A stretch of DNA of 64,000 bases from Chloroflexota bacterium. GTDB lineage: Bacteria > Chloroflexota > UBA11872 > VXOZ01. The stretch lies in contig OZ219802.1 of assembly GCA_964291655.2 (NCBI GenBank), positions 1,344,001 through 1,408,000 of the forward strand, in the 5' to 3' direction. The stretch's first letter is position 1; every line of letters starts with the position of its first letter. Below the pieces are notes generated by a model that worked only from the letters and a program-made list of their open reading frames with translations, was not told the DNA's origin and made no database searches. This document shows, piece after piece, positions 30,936 through 40,676 of the stretch. Made by a program: the position numbers and the translations under genes.

Positions 30936-33311
30936 ATGAACCAAAAGACCCTAGAACTCCTAGAATTTCCCAAAATCCGCGCTCTGCTTGAAGAGCAGGC
31001 GCACTTTTCCGCCAGCAAGGCGTTGGCGGAGGAGCTCACACCGGCCACGGAGCCGGAGGCCGTAGAGCGCTTGCAGACGGAGACCGCCGAAGCGCGGGAG
31101 CTCTTGCGCCTGCATCCGAATTTCACCATCGGGCCGGCCCACGACGTACGCAGCCTGGTGGACTATGCCGCCCGCGGCGGTGTGCTGGACGCGTCCGCGT
31201 TGCTGGCGGTATCTGACACCATGCGCAGCGGGCGCATGACGCGGGAGATGCTCGTGCGCCGCACCGAGGCATTTCCGCTGCTCAGCCAACTGGCGCGGGA
31301 GATCATGAAGTGCGACCCTTTGCAGGGCGCGATCGAGCAGGCGATTGGGCCGGACGCCGACGTGCTGGATAGCGCCAGCCCGCTGCTGCGCTCGCTGCGC
31401 CTGGACGTGCGCGCGATCCACAACCAACTGCTCGACCGCATGCAGGCGCTCGTGCGGACACCGGAATATCTCGTACATTTACAGGACCCCATCGTCACGC
31501 TGCGGTCGGACCGCTACGTCCTGCCGGTAAAAGCCGAGTTTCGCGGGCGTGTGAAAGGCATCGTCCACGACGAGTCCGCCAGCGGCGCGACGGTCTTCGT
31601 AGAACCGCTGGACGTGGTGGAGATCAACAACCGCTGGCGCAGCGCCCAGCGCGAGGAACAGCGGGAAGTAGACCGCATTTTGCGCGCTCTCTCGACTGAG
31701 GTAGGCGTCTATCAGCAGGAAATCACGGACAACGTGGGGACTTTGGCCGCCATTGACATCATTCTGGCAAAAGCGCGCTACGCCGAGACAATCAAGGCCG
31801 AGCAGCCGACCGTCGTATCCGGCTACCGTTTCTCCTTTCGTCAGGCCAAGCACCCGCTGCTCGCGGGCGAGGTGGTGCCCATAGATGTCTATTTGGGACA
31901 AGACCCCCACCGGGCGCGTGCCCAGCCATTCTATGTGCTCGTCATTACCGGCCCGAACACCGGCGGCAAGACCGTAGCGCTCAAGACCGTCGGGTTGCTG
32001 ACGCTCATGGGGCAGTGCGGTCTGCACTTGCCGGTGGCGCTTGGCTCACGGCTGGCGGTGTTTCGACAGGTGCACGCCGACATTGGCGACGAGCAGAGCA
32101 TCGAGCAGAGCCTCTCCACCTTTTCGTCACATCTCTCTAAGATCATCCCCATTCTCGATGAAGCCGACGAGCGTTCGCTCGTGCTCTTCGACGAGCTTGG
32201 CGCGGGCACCGATCCCCAGGAAGGATCGGCATTGGCGCAAGCAATCCTCCTCTTTCTGCGCAATAAGCGCGTGCCGACGGTGGCTACCAGCCACTACTCG
32301 GCGGTAAAAGCGCTGGCGCACGTGGAGGAGTTTATGCAGAACGCCAGCGTGGAGTTCGACGTGGAACGGCTCGCGCCCACGTACGTGCTGTCCATCGGCA
32401 TGCCCGGCACGAGCCATGCACTGCAGATTGCCGGACGTCTCGGCCTGAATCCCGCAATCGCCGCGGAAGCACAAGTGCGGTTTAGTCCGACGGAGCAGGC
32501 GGTAGATGCGTTGATGGTCTCCCTGCGCGACGAAACGGAGCAACTCAAGGCCGAGCGCGAGCACCTCGCGCAGGACCGCACGGGTCTGGAGGCCCAGCGG
32601 GACGCGCTGGCGGCACGCGTGCGGGAGATGGAGGAGACAGTAACGGAGCAAAAGACAGCAGCATGGGACGAGGCAACCCAGGAAGCCGGGGAACTATTGG
32701 AGCAGATTCAGGCGCTGGCGCGCCAGGCGAAAGTCTTCGCCACGCCGCTGGATACCAACCGCAAGCTCCTGGAGCACTCCGCCAGGCAAGCCCGCGAACG
32801 GCAGCGGGAAATGCGGTCCCGGGCGCGGGCAATGCGTGAAGCGCCCACGCCGCAGTCCCTTGCCGTAGGGGACACGGTGCGCGTGCGCGGGTGGGAGATG
32901 CCGGGGCAGGTGCTCGCTTCCCCGGACACGCGCGACCTGGTGGCGGTGCAGGTCGGCCAGATCAAGACCCGTGTGCCTCTGGAAGAGATTACCCAGGTAG
33001 AAACGCAGGAGCCCGCGCCTGAAAAGGAAGCGAGACAGCGTGATATCGCGCCGGCCGCACCGGTTGTGCCGGTAGAAATAGACATCCGGGGCAATCGGGC
33101 CGAGGAGAGCATCGGGACGGTTGACCGCTATCTCGATCAGGCGCTCCACAGCGGCCTGAAGAGCGTTCGCATCATCCACGGCAAGGGCACCGGCGCGCTC
33201 CGCGCCGCTATTCACGACATGCTGCGCGGCCATCCGCTCGTGCACCGCTTCCGCACCGCCCCGGCGCGGGAAGGCGGGGACGGAGCGACGGTAGTGGAGT
33301 TAGCGCAGTAG
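30936..33311 (+). CDS. mutS2: Endonuclease MutS2
   Basis: LEFPKI, GIVHDESASGAT, TGPNTGGKT, DIGDEQSIEQSLSTFSSH, DELGAGTDP.EG, C-terminal Smr IIHGKGTG.LR. Confidence 0.96.
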   Translation: MNQKTLELLEFPKIRALLEEQAHFSASKALAEELTPATEPEAVERLQTETAEARELLRLHPNFTIGPAHDVRSLVDYAARGGVLDASALLAVSDTMRSGRMTREMLVRRTEAFPLLSQLAREIMKCDPLQGAIEQAIGPDADVLDSASPLLRSLRLDVRAIHNQLLDRMQALVRTPEYLVHLQDPIVTLRSDRYVLPVKAEFRGRVKGIVHDESASGATVFVEPLDVVEINNRWRSAQREEQREVDRILRALSTEVGVYQQEITDNVGTLAAIDIILAKARYAETIKAEQPTVVSGYRFSFRQAKHPLLAGEVVPIDVYLGQDPHRARAQPFYVLVITGPNTGGKTVALKTVGLLTLMGQCGLHLPVALGSRLAVFRQVHADIGDEQSIEQSLSTFSSHLSKIIPILDEADERSLVLFDELGAGTDPQEGSALAQAILLFLRNKRVPTVATSHYSAVKALAHVEEFMQNASVEFDVERLAPTYVLSIGMPGTSHALQIAGRLGLNPAIAAEAQVRFSPTEQAVDALMVSLRDETEQLKAEREHLAQDRTGLEAQRDALAARVREMEETVTEQKTAAWDEATQEAGELLEQIQALARQAKVFATPLDTNRKLLEHSARQARERQREMRSRARAMREAPTPQSLAVGDTVRVRGWEMPGQVLASPDTRDLVAVQVGQIKTRVPLEEITQVETQEPAPEKEARQRDIAPAAPVVPVEIDIRGNRAEESIGTVDRYLDQALHSGLKSVRIIHGKGTGALRAAIHDMLRGHPLVHRFRTAPAREGGDGATVVELAQ

Positions 33312-33368
33312 GAATTGCCTTGGTGAGAACGATGTTCGCTGTGTTCTGCCAATGTGCGTGAAAGTGAC

Positions 33369-33487
33369 AGACCGTTCATCCTTCGACAAGCTCAGGACGA
33401 ACGGTCTTTGGTGTTCTCGACGAACTGTCTTTAGTTTTCTTGACGAATGGTCTTTTGTTTTCTCGACGAGTGGTTTTTGGTGTTCTT
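33369..33487. repeat. Palindrome followed by a 4 x 23-bp tandem repeat
   Basis: AGACCGTTCATCCTTCGACAAGCTCAGGACGAACGGTCT; units at 33396, 33419, 33442 and 33465. Confidence 0.85.
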
Positions 33488-33590
33488 GAGGGAATTTTGT
33501 GGCAGTAACGGGCCGTGGCGATGCCGCCGCGCCAAACTGTCGTGGAGCAGGCGGCGAATGTGGGAGATATAGCCAGGTTTCCGTGGTGGA

Positions 33591-33773
33591 TTACTGCACG
33601 AAGATCTCGAAATTCACGTCCTCATCACGGTTAAGCACGCGCTGTGTCATGCGGCGCAGATAGGTGACGCTATCGTGACCGAGCAACGTACCGATGACGG
33701 AACCGAGCAGCAAGCCGCAAAACGCTCCGAGCGCTACACCCCAAACGAATTGGCCTTCTTCCGCAAGTTTCAT
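33591..33773 (-). CDS. Small single-TM hypothetical protein (60 aa)
   Basis: MKLAEEGQFVWGVALGAFCGLLLGSVIG...; follows rsfS on the same strand. Confidence 0.6.
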   Translation of the reverse strand: MKLAEEGQFVWGVALGAFCGLLLGSVIGTLLGHDSVTYLRRMTQRVLNRDEDVNFEIFVQ

Positions 33774-33859
33774 ACGTATCACAGTTCCAACCCCCTTCGT
33801 TCCGGTGAGGGCAGGCATCGCGCGCATGCGGCTTACCTAATTCGCTGCCGCACCCAGGG

Positions 33860-34204
33860 TCACTGCACACGCAGTATCGTCGTGGCCTGCGACCACAGCC
33901 GCTCGAGATGGTAGTACTCGCGCATATCGCTCGAAAAGACGTGTACCATCACGTCGCCGTAGTCCAATACCACCCAGCCACCTTCACCTTTGCCTTCGCT
34001 GCGCAGCGGGGATTCGCCCCGCGCGTCCAAGTCTTGTTCAATATGCTCCACTATTGCCCGCAATTGCGGTGTGGAATCCGCCGAACACAGTACAAAGAAA
34101 TCGGCCACAACAGTCTGACGCCGAATATCGAGCAGTGCCATGTCGGCACCGCCATGTTCGGCCATTATATCGACTGCGAGCTTTGCTTTCTCTAAGCCAT
34201 CCAT
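33860..34204 (-). CDS. rsfS: Ribosome silencing factor RsfS
   Basis: LDIR....ADFFVLCS.....Q, EG....WVVLDYGDVMVHVF....R.YY.LERLW. Confidence 0.94.
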   Translation of the reverse strand: MDGLEKAKLAVDIMAEHGGADMALLDIRRQTVVADFFVLCSADSTPQLRAIVEHIEQDLDARGESPLRSEGKGEGGWVVLDYGDVMVHVFSSDMREYYHLERLWSQATTILRVQ

Positions 34205-34384
34205 CGCCATAATTATAGCACAGACTCCTCGTGACGGCTCCTATCAATTCGTATTTTCCATGGAAAACACACCGCCGCTAAACGTAAAAAGCAGCAATTT
34301 TCGAACAAGGCATTCCGCCCGTCTCCGCACACATCAACAGGCTCGCATGCGCCCTTTCGACTGTGAGAAGTCCTCTGTCAATCC

Positions 34385-34652
34385 TGTAAGTGTTGAGTAA
34401 TTCGTTGACAGAATTCTCTCCCAAATTGGCAGTGTTGACAGATCATGTCATTCCGAGCGGAGCGTCGAACGATGTTCGCGGAATCTAGGGTCCCTGCAAC
34501 GTGTCGCCCAAAAGGCTAAACATCTTAGATTCCGCGCTCCGAGCGACTCTTCGCTGCGCTTCGTTCGGAATGACATGTGTACTAGTCATGTCTAACACTG
34601 CGAAAGGTTGCTTTTGTTCTCAAATCTGTCAACGAATTACCTGACACTTACA
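34385..34652 (-). mobile_element. TGT...ACA MITE copy 5 (268 bp), TSD AATCC/ATTCC
   Basis: Same ends; flanks at 34380-34384 and 34653-34657; inserted in one arm of a GTCATTCCGAGC...AGAATGAC palindrome pair. Confidence 0.9.
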
Positions 34653-34816
34653 ATTCCGAGCGCAGCGTCGAACAGGGTTCGCAAAATCTAGAGAAGCTCC
34701 CAATTCTAGATTCTTCGTCGCTGCGCTCCTCAGAATGACAGTTGGAAGTTGGCTCAGGCCTAAAGACGATCACATTTCTTGCCTCTTGCCAACCCAAGCC
34801 TAAAACTACTAAATGC

Positions 34817-34837
34817 TTACCTGACATTTACAATTCC
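34817..34837 (-). mobile_element. Orphan left end of the same MITE family
   Basis: TTACCTGACATTTACA followed by ATTCC. Confidence 0.6.
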
Positions 34838-34922
34838 TGTGTGTTTTGGGGGAATTGGTCGTCTTTTGGCTCCCACAGGAGCCAACTCGATAAGCCTGCC
34901 TGGAGACAACGAAGCATGAGAA

Positions 34923-35531
34923 CTACAGCCGCCTTCCGCGCCGGTAGAGTTGGTGCGTCTCGATGTAGTCGGCCACGGGGGCCGGGGTCAGGTGGCGGAT
35001 AGTCTCGCCGCCGGCAACGCGCTTGCGTATAGCGCTAGCGGAGATGTCGACCGCCGGTATCTCTTGCACGGTAATGCGCGCGCGCGCTGCCGACGAGAGG
35101 CTTGTCAGAGCGTCCAACGAGCTAAACGCCGTTGCAGGACGCGTGAGAGCAACAACCGGCACCGCCTGCAGGAGTTGCTCCGGCGCCCGCCACTGCGGAA
35201 GTTCGGCAAGTTGATCGGCGCCGATAATAAAGACGAATGAGTCATCAGGCGACTCATGCCGGAGCGCCGCCACTGTCTCCACCGCATAGCTCGGGGGAGG
35301 ACGCTCGATGTCTATCGTAGAGAGCGCAAAGGCGGGGCAGTCTGCAATTGCGAGCCGCACCATGGCAACCCGGTGGGACGTAGAAGCTCGTGCGGCGGGC
35401 TTGAGCGGCGAACGGTTCGCTGGAATGAAAAGCACGCGGTCAAGCCGCTGCTCGGTGCGCGCCGCTGCCGCGGCCATCAAGTGTCCGCAGTGAATAGGGT
35501 CGAACGTGCCGCCGAGTATGCCAATGCGCAT
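34923..35531 (-). CDS. nadD: Nicotinate-nucleotide adenylyltransferase
   Basis: GILGGTFDPIH.GHL, SPLK, FIIGAD, W, ISASAIR. Confidence 0.95.
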   Translation of the reverse strand: MRIGILGGTFDPIHCGHLMAAAAARTEQRLDRVLFIPANRSPLKPAARASTSHRVAMVRLAIADCPAFALSTIDIERPPPSYAVETVAALRHESPDDSFVFIIGADQLAELPQWRAPEQLLQAVPVVALTRPATAFSSLDALTSLSSAARARITVQEIPAVDISASAIRKRVAGGETIRHLTPAPVADYIETHQLYRRGRRL

Positions 35532-35654
35532 TGAGCCAAGAGCCGCTTTAGCCGTGACTGCGTAAACTGAACTCAGGCTGGCGGCATAACCGCCAGCCTG
35601 AGCCCCACCTTCGCCTTGTTTGCCAGCATCCCCGCACGGAATGCTGGGACGCAC

Positions 35655-38093
35655 CTAATCGCTGCAGAACGGCAAACCGAGCTCATCCAGGTCGCTGTAT
35701 TCGACGTTGCGCAGCGCACTCGGTATGCACCCGGTTAGTTGATTGCCACCAAGATCGAGCTTCTTAAGCGAGTTGAGGTTGCCCAGCCAGGCGGGTATTG
35801 CGCCGCTCAGTTGGTTTTCGCCCAAGTCCAGCGCCTGCAGATTTACCAGGTTGCCGAGTTCGGCCGGAATGCTGCCGCTAAGCTGGTTCTCATCGAGGTC
35901 CAGCCACTCCAGGTTCGTCAGATTACCCAGCGTGGCGGGGATGCTGCCGGTAAGCTGGTTCTCGTTGAGGTCCAACTCACGCAGGTTGAGCAAGTTGCCC
36001 AATTCCGGCGGAATGCTACCGATGAATTGATTCTCGTCAATATCCAGCTCACGTAAATTGGAGAGGTTGCCGAGTGTTGCCGGCAGCTCGCCTGAGAGCT
36101 GATTGTGGCGCATATCCATAGACCGCAGGTTCGCCAGGTTACCGAGTTCAGCCGGAATGCTACCGGTGAGCTGGTTGTTCCAGAGGCCGAGTTCTTGCAA
36201 GCTGCGGAGCTTGCTCAGCGCAACCGGAATGCTGCCCACCAGCCGGTTATGGCCAAGATCCAAAACCGTCAAATTGGCAAGCTCGCCCAACTCCACCGGG
36301 ATCTCGCCGGTCAGGTGGTTGTGGGAGAGATCCAGTTCGCCCAGGCTGGACAGACTGCCCAGCGAGGCGGGTATTGCGCCGCTCAATTGGTTATCGCTAA
36401 GGTCCAGCACTTCCAGTTTGCCGGCGTTGCTCAGCGTGGCGGGAATGCTGCCCCTCAGTTGGTTGGACGCCAGGGACAGCACTTCCAGGTAGAGCAGATT
36501 GCCCAACTCCACCGGTATCTCGCCGGTGAGCCTATTGTTGGCAAGCCGGAAAGTCCGCACAAAAGCCAGGTTCTCGATTTCCACGGGTATCTCACCGGTC
36601 AGTTGGTTGTCGGAGAGATTGAAGTCTCGCAAATGGACGAGGTTGCCCAATTCCGGTGGGATCGGACCGGAGAGTTCGTTCCCGCTGAGCACCAGGTAGG
36701 CGATGAAGGGAATGTTGCCCAGTTCCGTCGGGATGGGGCCGGTCAGTTGGTTGCCGGCCAGGCCTAGGGCCCACAGATTAGTGAGGTTGCCCAATTCCAC
36801 CGGTATCTCGCCGGTGAGGAAGTTATTGTCCAACCACAAGGCTTCCAGGTTGGTAAGGTTGCCCAACTCCACCGGTATCTCACCGGTCAGGAAGTTGCTA
36901 TCGAGGTCGATGTCGCTCAGTTCGGTGAGATTGCCCAACTCCGGCGGTATGGGGCCGGTCAACTGGTTGTTCCAAAGCACCAGCGTGTCGAGACTCGTCA
37001 GGTTGCCAATCTCCGGCGGGATCTCACCCGTCAAGCGATTGAAGGAGATGTGGATGGTTCTGAGCTCGCTAAGGTTGGTCAGCTCTACGGGAAGCTCGCC
37101 ACTGATTTGATTGAAGGAAAGCACCAGCGAACTCAGATTGAGGAGGTTGCCGAATTCCGCCGGAATCTCGCCGGACAGCCGGTTGTAGTGGAGCGAAAGC
37201 GTCCGCAAGCTGATCAGCTTGCCCAACTCAACGGGCAACTCACCGGACAGCCCGTTGCGTGAGATATTCAACGACCGGAGGTTGGCGAGATCGCCCAACT
37301 CCACGGGGAGCGTGCCACTGAGCAGGTTGCGCGAGAGATTGAGTGATTCCAAATGAGTAAGATTGCCCAGTTCTGACGGGAGCATACCGCGCAGGCCGTG
37401 TTCCGAAAGACTGAGGGAGGTAACGCGCTGTAGAGAGTCTAAGCTCACGCCCTCCCACTCGCTGACGTCAAGGTCGTCGGCCCAATTGAGTGCCGTGCCA
37501 TCGCCTACGAGCGCGTCTCTTATCTCCAGGAGCGTCGCATACTCATTCTCCGCACAATACGGCAAGTCGAGCTGGCCGACATCGCCGTATGGGATGTTGC
37601 GGAATTCATCCGGCAGACATCCGGTCAGTTGATTGCCGCGCAGCGTTACCCACTCCAAATTCTCAAGGTTGCCCAATTCCAACGGAATGTCGCCGGTCAG
37701 ACTGTTGCCGGCAAGCCACAGCCGCTCCAGGCCGGAGAGGTTGGCAAGCGCAGCCGGGATAGTGCCCTGCAAATCAAGATTGCGGAGATCCACCCGGGTC
37801 ACAAGCTTCGATTCAGGGTCAATTGTGAGGCCGGTCCACTCGCTGAGCGGCGTCTCCGGTCCCCAGTTCAACGCTGTGCCGCCATCTCCCCGCAGCGCTT
37901 CTGCGATCCCAAGCGTTTGCAGCGTTGCGCAATCGTCGGTGTCAATGTCATCGGTGCACGTTTCATAGTCGGCTGCAGTAAACAAGAGGACACCACTGAG
38001 GCAGAGTAGCAGCGCCCACGCGACTGACGACATTCTAAGGTCCGATTGCCTTAGCGCCTGCATGGGACACGAAAGAAGCCGCTGAAACATCAT
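35655..38093 (-). CDS. Secreted plant-type leucine-rich repeat protein
   Basis: Hydrophobic N-terminus; more than 20 24-aa repeats LxxLxLxxNxLxGxIPxELGN; two W...W.G cap motifs and two GC.P....LPxC C-caps. Confidence 0.93.
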   Translation of the reverse strand: MMFQRLLSCPMQALRQSDLRMSSVAWALLLCLSGVLLFTAADYETCTDDIDTDDCATLQTLGIAEALRGDGGTALNWGPETPLSEWTGLTIDPESKLVTRVDLRNLDLQGTIPAALANLSGLERLWLAGNSLTGDIPLELGNLENLEWVTLRGNQLTGCLPDEFRNIPYGDVGQLDLPYCAENEYATLLEIRDALVGDGTALNWADDLDVSEWEGVSLDSLQRVTSLSLSEHGLRGMLPSELGNLTHLESLNLSRNLLSGTLPVELGDLANLRSLNISRNGLSGELPVELGKLISLRTLSLHYNRLSGEIPAEFGNLLNLSSLVLSFNQISGELPVELTNLSELRTIHISFNRLTGEIPPEIGNLTSLDTLVLWNNQLTGPIPPELGNLTELSDIDLDSNFLTGEIPVELGNLTNLEALWLDNNFLTGEIPVELGNLTNLWALGLAGNQLTGPIPTELGNIPFIAYLVLSGNELSGPIPPELGNLVHLRDFNLSDNQLTGEIPVEIENLAFVRTFRLANNRLTGEIPVELGNLLYLEVLSLASNQLRGSIPATLSNAGKLEVLDLSDNQLSGAIPASLGSLSSLGELDLSHNHLTGEIPVELGELANLTVLDLGHNRLVGSIPVALSKLRSLQELGLWNNQLTGSIPAELGNLANLRSMDMRHNQLSGELPATLGNLSNLRELDIDENQFIGSIPPELGNLLNLRELDLNENQLTGSIPATLGNLTNLEWLDLDENQLSGSIPAELGNLVNLQALDLGENQLSGAIPAWLGNLNSLKKLDLGGNQLTGCIPSALRNVEYSDLDELGLPFCSD

Positions 38094-38174
38094 TGTTCTC
38101 CTTAGCGACTGAGAGGTGAATAATACGTAGCGTAAGCGGCTAGAAAAGGGGGTTGTGTCGAGGTCGTTGACACA

Positions 38175-38576
38175 CTAGAAGCGGCGGCGCGATTGCAACT
38201 TGCGTTGTAGGCGGTCGATAAAACTTGGAGTCCTGTCAGTCATTTCCCGGCCGCGCCACATAGGCGCCGCCCGTCGCCGGTTGCCGCGGAAGGCAAGGTA
38301 CAGCGCGCCGCCAAAGCAGCACGCGGCGGCGACACCAAGCAGGGGCGCTGCCAGTGGAAACGTAAGTCTCAGCACGTTGCCAAGCACAAGTCCGCCAAGT
38401 CCCAGTAAGAGCAACGTCCCACTGGGGCCGAAACGATCAAGGATGGCGTAGAGGGCACGCTGCAGCGACGGAGGCGCGCGACGGATGCGCTGCTTCTCTT
38501 CCGGCACGTATACTTCAATGCCGTCGAGGAGCCGCCTCAGCTCTTGTTCGTCCCGTTTTGACATTCCTTGCGGCAT
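38175..38576 (-). CDS. Hypothetical membrane protein
   Basis: Two hydrophobic helices followed by a WRGR motif; co-oriented cluster. Confidence 0.7.
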   Translation of the reverse strand: MPQGMSKRDEQELRRLLDGIEVYVPEEKQRIRRAPPSLQRALYAILDRFGPSGTLLLLGLGGLVLGNVLRLTFPLAAPLLGVAAACCFGGALYLAFRGNRRRAAPMWRGREMTDRTPSFIDRLQRKLQSRRRF

Positions 38577-38645
38577 AGCGATTACCCTTAGGTTTCTTCT
38601 GTAGTATTATTCGGCAATTGGCCGCTTGCGTCAATGCGACTTGCG

Positions 38646-38900
38646 TTACTTCTCGGTTTGGCCGCGCACGATGCGGCCGGTAATATACCAGACCGCCAGC
38701 CATACGAGCCCACCAACACCAACTATGAGCACCAGGTAAGTGGCGTCCTCCCACGACCAGTTGAAGAAAAGTCGTATGACGAGCATGGAGGGAATGAGCC
38801 AGGCCACGATCTTGAGGCTGCGGGACAGCCGGGTGCGGAATTCCACCCAAAGCACCAGCGCCAGGACGAGCGCCGTGAGGAGCAAAATGAGTTGGCGCAT
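38646..38900 (-). CDS. Hypothetical membrane protein
   Basis: Three hydrophobic segments; TAATG overlap with the upstream gene. Confidence 0.7.
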   Translation of the reverse strand: MRQLILLLTALVLALVLWVEFRTRLSRSLKIVAWLIPSMLVIRLFFNWSWEDATYLVLIVGVGGLVWLAVWYITGRIVRGQTEK

Positions 38901-39628
38901 TATTCACTGAACCCCCGCAGCGTGTCAAAAGGTCCTGCCGGATACGTGCCCCGCAGCATGCGCAGGGTGTCTAAGCCCTTCTGCGAGTCGCTGGCAAGTC
39001 GCTCCGGGAGTGAGCTCGCAACACGCTGCTTGAAGAGCCAGTAGAGGAATTCTTTCCACTCGGTGAGCGTTATAACGCCATTGACCCGCTTGTCTCGCTC
39101 TGCGCAAAACTCCACCAAGAGTTCATGTTCGTCCTTGCCGTACAGGCGTGTGTAGAGGCTTTCCGGGTCGCGTGAATCGAGGGTAACACCATAATTCGTC
39201 GCCTTCTGAATCTCGTCATCCACCGCGTGGAGGAGCACCTCTTCAAGGGTGACGCCATAGAAATAATTGAGGTAAGCGCAGTACTTCTCTTCTCCCAGCA
39301 GATGGGCGAAATCTCTATCCGAATAGGTAAACGGCGGTTGTGCGCAGAAGAACAGCGCCTCGCATTCTTCTTGCGGGAGTAGCTGCCGGAAGTCCCAGCT
39401 AATGCGCTCCATTACCAGCAAAAGGTCAAGCGCTTCACCGGCAATCATGTAGCGAAAGTAGCGTCCGCCATAGCACTCTTCGTCGCGACTCCAGAGATGG
39501 ACGGCGCCCAAAAGCGCACTATACCAGTGATCTCCCGCTCCAAGGGCATCGGCAAATGCCCGCACGGCAGGAGTTTGGTCGGTAGACAGGGCTGAATCAA
39601 ACGCTTGCGGTGTTACGAGGGTCGGCAT
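38900..39628 (-). CDS. Hypothetical protein
   Basis: Long ORF with protein-like composition (HWY.ALL..W, Y.I.GEA.D, YLNYFYGV..EE); start uncertain. Confidence 0.75.
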   Translation of the reverse strand: MPTLVTPQAFDSALSTDQTPAVRAFADALGAGDHWYSALLGAVHLWSRDEECYGGRYFRYMIAGEALDLLLVMERISWDFRQLLPQEECEALFFCAQPPFTYSDRDFAHLLGEEKYCAYLNYFYGVTLEEVLLHAVDDEIQKATNYGVTLDSRDPESLYTRLYGKDEHELLVEFCAERDKRVNGVITLTEWKEFLYWLFKQRVASSLPERLASDSQKGLDTLRMLRGTYPAGPFDTLRGFSE

Positions 39629-40101
39629 GGCAACTACTTTAGTCGCGGTAACGCAGTTTCCCACAGGCCCCATTATACTCGTGACGAAAAGGGTATGCCT
39701 ACTATGCGCGTCTATAGTACTCATCAATGGGTATCGGCAAGTGTTGAAACTCATAGAGGATCGCCGAGTGGGTCCTGCCGAATACCATGGGATTGCACAC
39801 TTTTGCCACCCTGGTGCAATGCTTGTTCATTTGAACGTGTTTTGCGGGGCCGGTCGGAGCCGAATCCTCCGCGCATCAAAGAAGACTTAGACGTCTGGCA
39901 CGCGGCACACGCTCTCGGCTGCGGGCGGCAGCGGTTGGGTTGAATGTAAGAGAATTGGTATCATGGAGGTTGGGCACGGCCGGGATCGTCGTCGTTTTTT
40001 TATACAAGACTTCATCCGCGACGGCCTCTCAACGTAGATGAGCAGATGACGTCTCATCGTAGCCGAGCAACGGTTTCGAATACCAAGGAGCGGCAAAACC
40101 G

Positions 40102-40395
40102 GTGGCGGTGTATCGTCTGGACTACACGAATGCGGGGAGCACCGCACAGCGCATAACGGTGAATGGGGATACGGTTGTGCATCGAATCCCACCCGGCGGC
40201 AGAAAGTCGGTCCCCATGGAGATTGACGATACCGTTATCATTTGGGAACTGACCGGCGAGGACGACGCAGAGCCGCAGTCTACCGGGTCCGTCATCGGAC
40301 AGTCCGGCGGCATCTTTCTGGAGTTGCGTCCTGCTGATGATCCTGAGGCTGATCCCCAGCATATTCGCCTGCAGACCCGCCGCCGCTTGCTGTAG
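40102..40395 (+). CDS. Hypothetical protein (97 aa)
   Basis: AAGGAG SD upstream of GTG. Confidence 0.55.
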   Translation: MAVYRLDYTNAGSTAQRITVNGDTVVHRIPPGGRKSVPMEIDDTVIIWELTGEDDAEPQSTGSVIGQSGGIFLELRPADDPEADPQHIRLQTRRRLL

Positions 40396-40676
40396 GTGAG
40401 CTGCCTATCCGCTAGTTAAGCCAGCATCAGGCGCAGTGCAGCCTCAGGCAAGCCCCGCTCTACTGGCTCGATTCTGCAGTATTCTTGTCTTTTCTCATTT
40501 GCACTCGCGGTTACTCACGACTAGCGGTTCAACAAGCTTGAATTGACGGGTAGCATAGGTTCGCACGGGACGTGCGCGTAACCTACGCAGTTTCCTCGCG
40601 CTGCTGCCTACACCAACTTACTGTAACTAAGTTGTTGGATCACTAGTCTGCTCGGGCTATCTTGGCCGCATGTCCC

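Noticed and set aside
33396-33487. Possible CRISPR array
   Set aside because: Units are contiguous with no spacers, and no cas genes are present; the same applies to 22832-22975.
39760-40100. Possible riboswitch or ncRNA in long intergenic gaps (also 52200-52480 and 53820-54120)
   Set aside because: No recognisable conserved motif by eye; an Rfam/Infernal scan would be needed.
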